A DNA stretch of 64,000 bases from a virus. The stretch is taken from the IMG/VR virus record IMGVR_UViG_3300017917_001030, positions 32,001 to 96,000 of that record, one strand, 5' to 3'. The translations under genes and the position numbers were made by a program. Below the pieces are notes generated by a model. It ran no database searches and was not told the origin of the DNA. It saw only the letters and a list, made by a program, of their open reading frames with translations. This document shows positions 47,157 through 55,100 of this stretch, in pieces. The stretch's first letter is position 1, and every line of letters starts with the position of its first letter.

Positions 47157-47678
47157 ATGCCAGCAGTATTCATTGTTAGTGATACGCACTTCGGGCATGC
47201 TGGTGTCTGCAAATTCTTACGTGAAGATGGCACCAAGCTTAGACCATGGGACTCACCTGAAGAAATGGATGAGGCAATGGTTAAGGCCTGGAACGAAACA
47301 GTTAGACCTAATGATAAAGTTTATCACCTCGGCGACGTAGTTATTAATCGCAAAGCTCTACACATTCTTGGTAGACTGAATGGTGATAAAGTTCTTATCA
47401 AAGGCAACCATGATATTTTTAAGTTAGAGGATTATACTCAATACTTCAGAGATATTCGTGCATATCATGTAATGAACAACTACATTCTTTCCCACATTCC
47501 TGTTCACGCATCGTCAAAGGGAAGGTTTGCAGGTAACATTCATGGGCACCTACACTCTAACAAAGTAATGACTATGGACGGTAACTTTGTTGATCCATGG
47601 TATCAGTGTGTTTGTGTAGAGCAAACTGATTTTAGGCCTATTACATTTGAAAATGTATTGAAACGATTTGAAAAATAA
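47157..47678 (+). CDS. Calcineurin-like metallophosphoesterase
   Basis: SDTHFGH, HLGD, GNHD, SHIP, HGHLH. Confidence 0.9.
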   Translation: MPAVFIVSDTHFGHAGVCKFLREDGTKLRPWDSPEEMDEAMVKAWNETVRPNDKVYHLGDVVINRKALHILGRLNGDKVLIKGNHDIFKLEDYTQYFRDIRAYHVMNNYILSHIPVHASSKGRFAGNIHGHLHSNKVMTMDGNFVDPWYQCVCVEQTDFRPITFENVLKRFEK

Positions 47679-47768
47679 GGAAGACGGGCAGGACGGTAAT
47701 GCAGCGGATTGCTAATCCGTAGACCGTAGTAATACGGTCAGTGGGTTCGACTCCCACGTCTTCCACCA
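47679..47768 (+). tRNA. tRNA-Ser(GCT)
   Basis: Loop TTGCTAA, long variable arm, CCA. Confidence 0.92.
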
Positions 47769-47773
47769 GTTTT

Positions 47774-47887
47774 AGGATACTTGCAGCAAATTCACAGCAA
47801 TGAAAGCCGTGTGTTTTAGGTTCGATTCCTAAATTCCCCGTTAGGAGAATTAGCTCAATTGGTAGAGCAACGAAAAAGAGTATCCTG
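47774..47887 (+). ncRNA. Y-RNA-like element A4 with circularly permuted tRNA core
   Basis: AGGATAC-TTG-CAGCAA ... GTATCCTG; T-arm, loop-closed acceptor stem, TA, D-arm. Confidence 0.8.
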
Positions 47888-47895
47888 TTATTTTT

Positions 47896-47987
47896 GCCAG
47901 CGAGACTGGGTAGTCAGAGAGGTCTTATAAACCTTTTAGCGCCAGATTAGCGTTCTTGAGAGTGTTCGAGTCACTCCGCTGGTACCA
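47896..47987 (+). tRNA. Atypical tRNA with TAT anticodon (Ile?) and long variable arm
   Basis: Loop CTTATAA; 4-nt D loop; canonical T arm; CCA. Confidence 0.7.
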
Positions 47988-47991
47988 TTTT

Positions 47992-48066
47992 GGTGATATG
48001 ACGTAGACGGATGCGTAGCGGTTTCATAAGCCGACGAGGTTGGATCGTTACCAACTATCACCACCA
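47992..48066 (+). tRNA. tRNA-Met(CAT), elongator-like
   Basis: Loop TTCATAA, CCA; T-loop ATCGTTA. Confidence 0.82.
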
Positions 48067-48074
48067 TATATAAT

Positions 48075-48151
48075 GCGTCCTTAGCATAACTGGAGAATGC
48101 ACTGGTTTACGAAGCCAGGGGATGGGAGTTCGAATCTCTTGGGACGCACCA
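48075..48151 (+). tRNA. tRNA-Arg(ACG)
   Basis: Loop TTACGAA, CCA. Confidence 0.92.
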
Positions 48152-48157
48152 TATAAA

Positions 48158-48231
48158 GCTCCTATAGTTAAGTGGTATAACGTATCCTTGGTAAGGATAA
48201 ATTCTGAGTTCAATTCTCGGTGGGAGCACCA
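48158..48231 (+). tRNA. tRNA-Thr(GGT)
   Basis: Loop TTGGTAA, CCA. Confidence 0.92.
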
Positions 48232-48246
48232 ACAAAGGAGTTACTT

Positions 48247-48426
48247 ATGAGCGGCAAAGGTTCCAAACCAAGACCATTCAGTGTAGATAGTGATACCTAC
48301 AGTAATAATTGGAATGCAATTTTCGGTAAGAAAAAAGACAATACTGGTACAGATAAGAATGAATATTATGATGTACTAAGTACAGAAGAATCATTAACAG
48401 AAAACGAAAAAGATAAAACAGAATAA
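48247..48426 (+). CDS. Small phage protein (GKGSKPRP N-terminus)
   Basis: AAGGAG SD; MSGKGSKPRPFSV...NWNAIF. Confidence 0.65.
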   Translation: MSGKGSKPRPFSVDSDTYSNNWNAIFGKKKDNTGTDKNEYYDVLSTEESLTENEKDKTE

Positions 48427-48430
48427 TTAT

Positions 48431-48504
48431 GCATCCCTGATGTAATGGCAGCATGACGGTCTCCAAAACCGTTCGTCGGGGTTCGAGTCCCTGGGGGTGT
48501 GCCA
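48431..48504 (+). tRNA. tRNA-Trp(CCA)
   Basis: Loop CTCCAAA, G73, CCA. Confidence 0.92.
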
Positions 48505-48584
48505 ATATTCGTGAGCAGGTTTAATTTCGATCTCAGCGGCCCTGACGATCAAAAATTAAAACCTTTTTATTAATACCCTGACGG

Positions 48585-48613
48585 TTGACAGAGTCATTGA
48601 AAGACATTATAAT
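48585..48613 (+). promoter_or_regulatory. Sigma70 promoter
   Basis: TTGACA-17 nt-TATAAT. Confidence 0.85.
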
Positions 48614-48633
48614 AATGGTATAGTAAGTTAAAT

Positions 48634-48711
48634 GCGGGTAGACAGGACAAGGGGCGTCCAGCAGCCTTCCAAGCTGAAGATCGCGGAGTTCGACTCTCCC
48701 TACCCGCTCCA
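48634..48711 (+). tRNA. tRNA-Gly(TCC), apparent 8/4 fold
   Basis: Loop CTTCCAA, U73, CCA; GCGGGTAG/CTACCCGC with a 4-bp T stem. Confidence 0.82.
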
Positions 48712-48729
48712 ATTTTGTTAGGTGGTACT

Positions 48730-49209
48730 ATGAGAAAGCAAATTAACATCGAAGAAATCAAGTCGTTTATCGACGCCCAGAGTCCCGAAACCAAAATTTA
48801 CATTGGTGCGGATTCAGAACGTTACAAACGTGATGGTGTTTGGTATGCCGACTATACTCTTGCTGTTGTAGTACACATCGACGGTCGTCATGGTTGTAAG
48901 ATTTTCGGTGAAGTTCAAACCGAAATCGACTATGACAAAAAGAACAGTCGCCCTGCAATGCGACTAATGAACGAAGTTTACAAAGTATCAGAACTATATC
49001 ACAAGCTTGTTGATGTTGTTGGTGATCGAGAAGTCCAAATACATCTTGACATCAACCCGCAAGAATGTTATAATAGTTCAATAGTAATTCAACAAGCCGT
49101 AGGTTATATCAAAGGAACTTGTAACATTATTCCGATGGTTAAACCGAAAGCTTTTGCAGCAAGCTATGCCGCAGACCGACTAAAGGAAGTCTTGGCGCTT
49201 GCAGCTTGA
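48730..49209 (+). CDS. RNase H-like YkuK (DUF458) family protein
   Basis: IYIGADS, RLMNEV, IHLDIN, AASYAAD. Confidence 0.8.
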   Translation: MRKQINIEEIKSFIDAQSPETKIYIGADSERYKRDGVWYADYTLAVVVHIDGRHGCKIFGEVQTEIDYDKKNSRPAMRLMNEVYKVSELYHKLVDVVGDREVQIHLDINPQECYNSSIVIQQAVGYIKGTCNIIPMVKPKAFAASYAADRLKEVLALAA

Positions 49210-49215
49210 GAATAA

Positions 49216-49290
49216 GCCGAAGTAGCACAACGGTAGTGCAGCGCTCTTGTAAAGCGAAGGTTGAGGGTTCGATTCCTTTCTTCGGCACCA
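49216..49290 (+). tRNA. tRNA-Thr(TGT)
   Basis: Loop CTTGTAA, CCA. Confidence 0.93.
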
Positions 49291-49296
49291 GTTATT

Positions 49297-49523
49297 AGGA
49301 TGAGTACAGCAGTCACAAAACGAAAATAAAGTACTGCCCATTCACGGAGGACCACCGTAAGGTGTAATTTTATGGGCTATGGGGCATACCTGAAATAAAA
49401 TAGCGATGCTGGTTAACCAGATAGACTAACATACTCGAATGTATGTTTGATTTCAGTGGGGAATTCGCCCGAAAGGGAGCACTGGGGTTCAAGAACCAAG
49501 TTAATACTAACCCGACCATCCTG
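49297..49523 (+). ncRNA. Y-RNA-like element A5 (long, 227 nt)
   Basis: AGGATGA-GTA-CAGCAG ... CATCCTG; multiple internal hairpins including GNRA loops. Confidence 0.6.
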
Positions 49524-49534
49524 CTTATATTATT

Positions 49535-49631
49535 AGAATAGGTTCAGCAAACATCTAGCGGTGTAATACCCGCATTATAGGAAGGTGAGTTTCGAGTTTT
49601 CACCATAATCAAAAAGTAGAAAACTATTCTG
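49535..49631 (+). ncRNA. Y-RNA-like element A6
   Basis: AGAATAG-GTT-CAGCAA ... CTATTCTG (compensatory change); T-loop-like GGTGAG-TTTCGAG-TTTCACC. Confidence 0.65.
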
Positions 49632-49675
49632 ATGTATAGGTTAAAATAAATCATAACCTGAAAGTGAGAAAAAAT

Positions 49676-51112
49676 ATGAATACTTTTGTTGAAGCAGTAG
49701 CAAATCAAGAAGCCCGTACCACTAACGGTATGAAGGCTCGTAAGTCCACCGCATCCGCTGTTGTAGATTTGTTCTACAATATTGGTGCATCCCGTGGCAA
49801 GAATGTTATCCCCGGCTTTACTGCCGCACTTGCAGAGAACCGTGACTTGGCACTTCGTGTTGCAGCATGGGCTCGTGATGTGCGTGGTGGTGCAGGTGAA
49901 CGACAACTCTTCCGTGACATTCTTGTCTACTTGGAAAAGTACGACCCCGAAGCAGCTAAGGCTCTTTTGGCTAAGGTACCTGAGCTGGGTCGTTGGGACG
50001 ACTTGTTCGTCTTTAAGACCAAGGAGCTAAAGGAAGCAGCATACACTATGTTGGGTGACGCATTGCGTGAACGCAACGGTCTGGCTGCTAAGTGGACTCC
50101 TCGTCAAGGCCCTATTGCTTTGGAAATCCGTAAGTTCTTCGGCATGTCGCCTAAGTTCTATCGTAAGTCCTTGGTTAACCTAACTAAGGTCGTTGAACAA
50201 GATATGTGTGCTAAGAACTGGGATAACATCAACTTCTCTCATGTTCCTTCGGTTGCGGCATCCCGTTACAAGAAGGCATTTAACCGTAACACTGAAAAGT
50301 ATGCAGAATACGTAAAGTCGTTGGTTAAGGGAGATAACCCGGAAGTTAAGGTCAACGCAGGCGCAGTATATCCATATGATGTAGTGAAGGGAATCATCCC
50401 TAACTCTTATGTCAAAAGCGCTTTTGACAAGACAGAGCTTGACCTAATTGAAAAGCAATGGGAAGCTCTTCCTAATTACGTAGGCGATGCTAACATTCTT
50501 CCTTTGGTTGACGTTAGCGGGTCGATGTCTTGTCCTGTTGGTGGCTATGGTTCTAAGAATAAGATGTCCTGTATGGATGTTGCTGTTTCGTTGGGACTTT
50601 ACCTTGCGGACAAGAACAAGGGCAAGTTCAAGGATACTTTCTTGACATTTAGCTCTTCGCCAGAACTACTTACTCTAAAGGGTAATATTGTTCAAAAGGT
50701 TACACAAATGGTTGCTTCTAAGTGGGGAATGTCCACCAACCTACACGCAGCATTTTCAAAGATTCTGTCTGTAGCGAAGAAAGGTAATGTTCCGCAAGAA
50801 GAAATGCCAGATATGGTATTGATCTTGTCCGACATGCAATTCAATGCTTGCATTGAGCATGACGACAGTGCAATCAAAATGATTGCTCGTAAGTACGAAG
50901 AAGCAGGCTACACCATGCCTAAGGTTGTATTCTGGAACTTGAATGCTGCATATGGTAACACACCAGTGAAGTTTGACAAGTCTGGTACTGCTTTGGTATC
51001 TGGTTTTAGCCCATCTATTGTTAAGCCTTTGTTGGCAGGCAACCTTGAAACTTTCACCCCAGAAAGTGTCATGTTGCAGACCATCATGCAAGACCGTTAC
51101 GCGGTATTGTAA
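49676..51112 (+). CDS. DUF2828-type protein: helical TROVE/Ro60-like N-terminus plus VWA domain
   Basis: T.NG, RDVRGGAGER, GRWDDL, AAKWTPR, MIDAS VDVSGSM, ILSDMQF, FWNL, LVSGFS. Confidence 0.8.
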   Translation: MNTFVEAVANQEARTTNGMKARKSTASAVVDLFYNIGASRGKNVIPGFTAALAENRDLALRVAAWARDVRGGAGERQLFRDILVYLEKYDPEAAKALLAKVPELGRWDDLFVFKTKELKEAAYTMLGDALRERNGLAAKWTPRQGPIALEIRKFFGMSPKFYRKSLVNLTKVVEQDMCAKNWDNINFSHVPSVAASRYKKAFNRNTEKYAEYVKSLVKGDNPEVKVNAGAVYPYDVVKGIIPNSYVKSAFDKTELDLIEKQWEALPNYVGDANILPLVDVSGSMSCPVGGYGSKNKMSCMDVAVSLGLYLADKNKGKFKDTFLTFSSSPELLTLKGNIVQKVTQMVASKWGMSTNLHAAFSKILSVAKKGNVPQEEMPDMVLILSDMQFNACIEHDDSAIKMIARKYEEAGYTMPKVVFWNLNAAYGNTPVKFDKSGTALVSGFSPSIVKPLLAGNLETFTPESVMLQTIMQDRYAVL

Positions 51113-51208
51113 GTGCTCAATTCTGACAGCACGTTAAACACGGTCAGACGTCGATCTTAAATGACTGCGCCGGCACTACGCAAGGTGTCTCCGTACTCGG
51201 TAAGCGGA
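51113..51208 (+). ncRNA. Structured 3' element with H-type pseudoknot
   Basis: GTGCT/AGCAC interleaved with TCTGAC/GTCAGA; terminal TCCG...CGGA hairpin. Confidence 0.45.
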
Positions 51209-51237
51209 ACTAATTTCAATTTTGGTTAACCTATTGG

Positions 51238-51266
51238 TTGACGAAAATTTGCCAAGGCTATATAAT
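51238..51266 (+). promoter_or_regulatory. Sigma70 promoter
   Basis: TTGACG-17 nt-TATAAT. Confidence 0.75.
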
Positions 51267-51277
51267 AAGTGTTTTAT

Positions 51278-51360
51278 GCGGGTGTGGTGAAATAGGTAGA
51301 CACAGGAGACTTAAAATCTCCCGCTTCGGCGTGCTGGTTCGAGTCCGGTCACCCGTACCA
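51278..51360 (+). tRNA. tRNA-Leu(TAA)
   Basis: Loop CTTAAAA, variable arm, CCA. Confidence 0.95.
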
Positions 51361-51373
51361 TTATTCTAAAACT

Positions 51374-51838
51374 ATGAAAGATAATATGTCACTAACTTTA
51401 CAAAATATTGAAAGTGCTTTGGCGGGTGAGTCTATGGCTCATATCAAGTATCGTTACTTTGCCAAAATTGCACGTGAGGAAGGCTTCGAAGAAGTCGCAA
51501 AACATTTTGAACATACTGCAGATCAAGAAATTCTTCATGCTTGGGGTCACCTTGAGCTGTTGATTGGTAAGCCTAATACCAAAGAATGCCTTGAAAAAGC
51601 TATTGCAGGTGAGACTTATGAGTATACTGAAATGTATCCTAAGTTCGAGCATCAGGCAAAAGCAGAATCTAATATCGAAGCAGTTAAAGAGTTCAACGAA
51701 CAAGGTCGTGAATCCTTGCAGCATGCTCAAGAATTTAAAGCAGTATTGGCAAAAGCAGAAAAGCGCTTTGCTGCTCTTAAGGGTGTCGAGAAGCGTCATG
51801 CTGAAGCATACCAAAAAGTTCTTGGAGGTCTAGCATGA
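51374..51838 (+). CDS. Rubrerythrin (diiron domain; start may be 51386)
   Basis: AGESMA..KY..FA..A..EG, E..HA, GETYEYTEMYP. Confidence 0.9.
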   Translation: MKDNMSLTLQNIESALAGESMAHIKYRYFAKIAREEGFEEVAKHFEHTADQEILHAWGHLELLIGKPNTKECLEKAIAGETYEYTEMYPKFEHQAKAESNIEAVKEFNEQGRESLQHAQEFKAVLAKAEKRFAALKGVEKRHAEAYQKVLGGLA

Positions 51839-51990
51839 GCGATAATCAATACGAATACAAGCATGTCTGTCCTGTTTGTGACTATGTTCATGAGGACAAT
51901 GAAACTACTCCATTCGATCAAATGCCTGCTGATTATGTTTGCCCAGCATGCGGTGTCGAAAAAGATTGGTTTGATAAACGAGTTGCATGA
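51835..51990 (+). CDS. Rubredoxin
   Basis: CPVCDYVH ... PADYVCPACGVEKDWF; ATGA coupling on both sides. Confidence 0.88.
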   Translation: MSDNQYEYKHVCPVCDYVHEDNETTPFDQMPADYVCPACGVEKDWFDKRVA

Positions 51991-52382
51991 TTGATTGTCT
52001 AGTCATCGGTGATTCTATTGCCGTAGGTGTTCAGCAGTTTAGGCAAGAGTGTGCGATCTATGCTAAGGTAGGTATTAATAGCAGAGATTGGAACAACAAG
52101 TTTATCGGCAAAGACCTACGTGCAAATACAGTTATTATTAGCCTGGGGTCTAACGACTCCGGCAATATTAAGACTGCTGCAGAGCTAAACGAACTAAGAC
52201 AATCGGTAACATCCAAAAAAGTAGTTTGGATTTTGCCTTCTAATAATAGTGACAAACGAGACATCGTAAAATTCATAGCAGAAAAATACGGTGATATTGT
52301 GTTGGGTGTAAATCAACTATCCAAAGACGGTGTGCATCCAACAGTCGCTGGTTATAAAGAATTAGCAAATAATACAAAATAG
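51987..52382 (+). CDS. SGNH/GDSL hydrolase
   Basis: IGDSIA, SLGSND, DGVHP. Confidence 0.85.
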   Translation: MIDCLVIGDSIAVGVQQFRQECAIYAKVGINSRDWNNKFIGKDLRANTVIISLGSNDSGNIKTAAELNELRQSVTSKKVVWILPSNNSDKRDIVKFIAEKYGDIVLGVNQLSKDGVHPTVAGYKELANNTK

Positions 52383-52387
52383 TTTTT

Positions 52388-52464
52388 GCGCCTGTAGCTC
52401 AGTTGGTTAGAGCAGTGGACTCATAATCCATTGGTCGCGGGTTCAAGTCCCTCCGGGCGCACCA
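52388..52464 (+). tRNA. tRNA(CAT), probably Ile2 (lysidine type)
   Basis: Loop CTCATAA; body resembles ileX-type tRNAs; CCA. Confidence 0.85.
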
Positions 52465-52479
52465 TTTAACGAGGTAATT

Positions 52480-52689
52480 ATGTCCAATCAAGTAACATCA
52501 GAAGATGCAGTCAACCAAGTAGGCAATCGTTACGATCTTGTTTTGATCGCAGCACGCCGAACACGTGAATTGAAGCGTGGGCATAAGCCATTGATTGATT
52601 CAAAGCATAAGCCAGCAGTAACGGCTCTAAATGAAATTGAACAAGGTAAAATTGGCAGAGATTACCTGTTAAAATTGAGAAAACGGTAA
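52480..52689 (+). CDS. rpoZ: RNA polymerase omega subunit
   Basis: VTSEDAV..VGNRYDLVLIAARR.REL, KPAVTAL.EI..GKI. Confidence 0.9.
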   Translation: MSNQVTSEDAVNQVGNRYDLVLIAARRTRELKRGHKPLIDSKHKPAVTALNEIEQGKIGRDYLLKLRKR

Positions 52690-52787
52690 ACTAAGCTATT
52701 TAGCTTTATCGTCATCTATATTATAATAAGCATGTGGTGAGTTAGCCGCAATCGTTATTTTTTTTTTTATTTTAATGGAGATTTACA

Positions 52788-53039
52788 ATGGTTAAAAATC
52801 GTGTTTTGAAAGTTCTTGAGTCTGGTCGTCAATTTACACCCGCTCAATTGGCAGGTCTTACCGGTGCATCTGAGGACAGCATTCGTCCTCGTATTAGCGA
52901 ACTTCGCGCCGAAGGTCACGCAATCTATACTAACACTACAAAGAATGGTAAGGTTGCATATCGTCTAGGTACTCCTAGCCGTCGCATGGTTGCCGCAGCT
53001 TACGCAAGCATGGGCAGCGACGCTTTCACTCGTATGTGA
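52788..53039 (+). CDS. Winged-helix HTH DNA-binding protein
   Basis: FTPAQLAGLTG...RISELRAEG, YRLGTPSR. Confidence 0.75.
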   Translation: MVKNRVLKVLESGRQFTPAQLAGLTGASEDSIRPRISELRAEGHAIYTNTTKNGKVAYRLGTPSRRMVAAAYASMGSDAFTRM

Positions 53040-53125
53040 TCTAAGTAACCGAGCACCTTGCCCGTTTGAGCTTCATTCAATAAAGTGCTTCCGTATGGCG
53101 TAAGCGGAATTTATTAGAGTATATC

Positions 53126-53416
53126 ATGCCACTATATCTTGTTGAAACAATTACTACATTCAAACATCAATATATCATTGACTGTAAAGAAGCATCTCAT
53201 GCCGAAGATACAGTTGTTTGTAATGAGGCAACAGAACTAGATCAAAAATATCTAGGTGAAACGATTGTAACTACTAGAGAAATTACTACGAATGAGTTTT
53301 ACTCCATGCTTCCAACAAGCATGAATGGTCATCTAAAGGATAAAATTATCCATCAAGTTCAGTATCAGGCTGAGCGCCCAGACTACTCAAGTAATATCGA
53401 AGGGCTTGGTATTTAA
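53126..53416 (+). CDS. Hypothetical protein
   Basis: 96-aa ORF; YLVETITTF. Confidence 0.65.
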   Translation: MPLYLVETITTFKHQYIIDCKEASHAEDTVVCNEATELDQKYLGETIVTTREITTNEFYSMLPTSMNGHLKDKIIHQVQYQAERPDYSSNIEGLGI

Positions 53417-53977
53417 ATGTATAACTTCGAAGACGAAGCTGTTAGAAAAAAAGCTAAATCGCTTTGGTATATTCGCAAAGGAAACCCTGCACTTCTAAGT
53501 AAAGAAGATGCGGAGTTCGTTGAAGCATTTTGCAGTTGGGACTATCAACGCAGGAAGAAAAAGATTGACCCCAACAAGCTAGCAGAAGTCCAAAAGAAAA
53601 ACAGAGAAGCGTATCGTAAAAAGAAAGCGCAACCTGAAAATTTTGGCAAGCTAGAATATACTGCTCTTAAATCGAGAGTTAATTCCAAGAAAAAAGAAGG
53701 TCGTGTTCTAGGGTTTGATCTGACTCCAGAATACATTCAAAAGGTCTTCGATTCTTGTCAGGGCAAATGTGCTATAACCGGGCTTCCTTTTAGCATGGAA
53801 CTTGGGACTAAAAAGAAACGAAATCCTTTTAGACCCAGCGTAGATCGAATTAATTCGAGAAAAGGGTATGTCAAAGGCAATATCCAGATTGTTCTCACTA
53901 TCGTGAATACAATGAAAATGGATTACACCGACGATATACTGCATCCAGTTATACGGGCTTGGTCCTCTAATATCTAA
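53417..53977 (+). CDS. HNH-like (His-Me) putative endonuclease
   Basis: GKCAITG, PSVDRINS.KGY.KGNIQ, N.MK. Confidence 0.7.
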   Translation: MYNFEDEAVRKKAKSLWYIRKGNPALLSKEDAEFVEAFCSWDYQRRKKKIDPNKLAEVQKKNREAYRKKKAQPENFGKLEYTALKSRVNSKKKEGRVLGFDLTPEYIQKVFDSCQGKCAITGLPFSMELGTKKKRNPFRPSVDRINSRKGYVKGNIQIVLTIVNTMKMDYTDDILHPVIRAWSSNI

Positions 53978-54006
53978 AAAAAACCGGCGAGCAATCGCCG
54001 GTTTTC
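53978..54006. terminator. Bidirectional intrinsic terminator
   Basis: AAAACCGGCGA-GCAA-TCGCCGGTTTT. Confidence 0.85.
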
Positions 54007-54032
54007 TACGTGTTTCTCGGATTACTATGCCT

Positions 54033-54040
54033 TATAAATA
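54033..54040 (+). promoter_or_regulatory. T4-type late promoter
   Basis: TATAAATA. Confidence 0.75.
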
Positions 54041-54071
54041 ATATAAGAACATAGACTTTAATGGGAATACA

Positions 54072-55100
54072 ATGATCTCTCTAAAAGACCTACGCCTAAA
54101 TTTTGACGTCTTAAACGAAGCTGCAAGGGAAACAGGCGCAGCATCCGACGCAGAAGGCAAATTACACGAACTATTAACAGGCTACCATTTCAATAAGGGT
54201 AAGCATGTTGAATCCTATCGTGAAGAAGGCAAAACACCGCAAGAAGTGCACGATAATCTAAAGGCTGCTGTTTCTCCAGAAACTTATGAACGTATTAATA
54301 AGCATGCGGAAGAAATGGCATATAACCTACACCATCATCTAAGACAAGAAGGTTTTAGGGGCAAGGTCAGCAAAGTAGCTTGGACTTCACAAACTAAAGA
54401 CGTTGAGCACTTTACCGGCAAACCTGATCCGAACAATGAGTCGGATATTATGGTTGAACTAAAGCACGGCGCAAGTTCAAATAAACCAAATGGTACAGTT
54501 GAACACCTAGGCTTTAGTATGAAGTATGCTAATAATGCACCTACACTAAAGAATAAAACACCCAAGACAATGGGTGAAACTTATGGTATCGACCATAAGA
54601 AACTAATGCAACATCACGAACAGCATATGGAAAGTGTTCGTAAACAATTAGGTGTTGAGAAGTCTTCTTCTGGTGCTGAAATGCACTCCAAATATAAAGA
54701 GCTCAGAGGAACTGCTAAAGGCGATAGTATCGAAAGAACATCCCATGCCTCAAGAGTAGCAATGATTGGCGAATTACATAAACACCTAAGTAATATGTCA
54801 CCTGAAGAATTGCACAAGCATATTCTAAACCATATTGCAGGCGAGACTAATTCAAGAGTGTTAATGGCAAGTACCACATCAACAGGTCAACACCATATTA
54901 TTGATACCAGAGAACATTATAATAAGATTCTAAAAGAGCACGCAAAACATCTTGCAGTTAAAAAGGGTGAAGGTACGACCTTGTCTATTACAGGCAAAGG
55001 CGGAAAACCACTGTTAAATATACAGGCAGTTAATAAAGGCCGTCCAACAAAGACACCAGAATTTATTGCTAAGCCTGGTGCATCATTAATGGGTAAATAA
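54072..55100 (+). CDS. Late hypothetical protein, possibly PD-(D/E)xK-like
   Basis: SDIMV...GFSMK; His-rich; behind late promoter. Confidence 0.55.
   Translation: MISLKDLRLNFDVLNEAARETGAASDAEGKLHELLTGYHFNKGKHVESYREEGKTPQEVHDNLKAAVSPETYERINKHAEEMAYNLHHHLRQEGFRGKVSKVAWTSQTKDVEHFTGKPDPNNESDIMVELKHGASSNKPNGTVEHLGFSMKYANNAPTLKNKTPKTMGETYGIDHKKLMQHHEQHMESVRKQLGVEKSSSGAEMHSKYKELRGTAKGDSIERTSHASRVAMIGELHKHLSNMSPEELHKHILNHIAGETNSRVLMASTTSTGQHHIIDTREHYNKILKEHAKHLAVKKGEGTTLSITGKGGKPLLNIQAVNKGRPTKTPEFIAKPGASLMGK

Noticed and set aside
49297-49523. tmRNA or RNase P RNA
   Set aside because: No Ala-type acceptor/CCA end or tag ORF and no recognisable RNase P P4 motif; not tested with covariance models.
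52758-52773. Poly-T run as a phase-variation tract
   Set aside because: Intergenic, after a weak hairpin; more simply a terminator tail or AT-rich leader.
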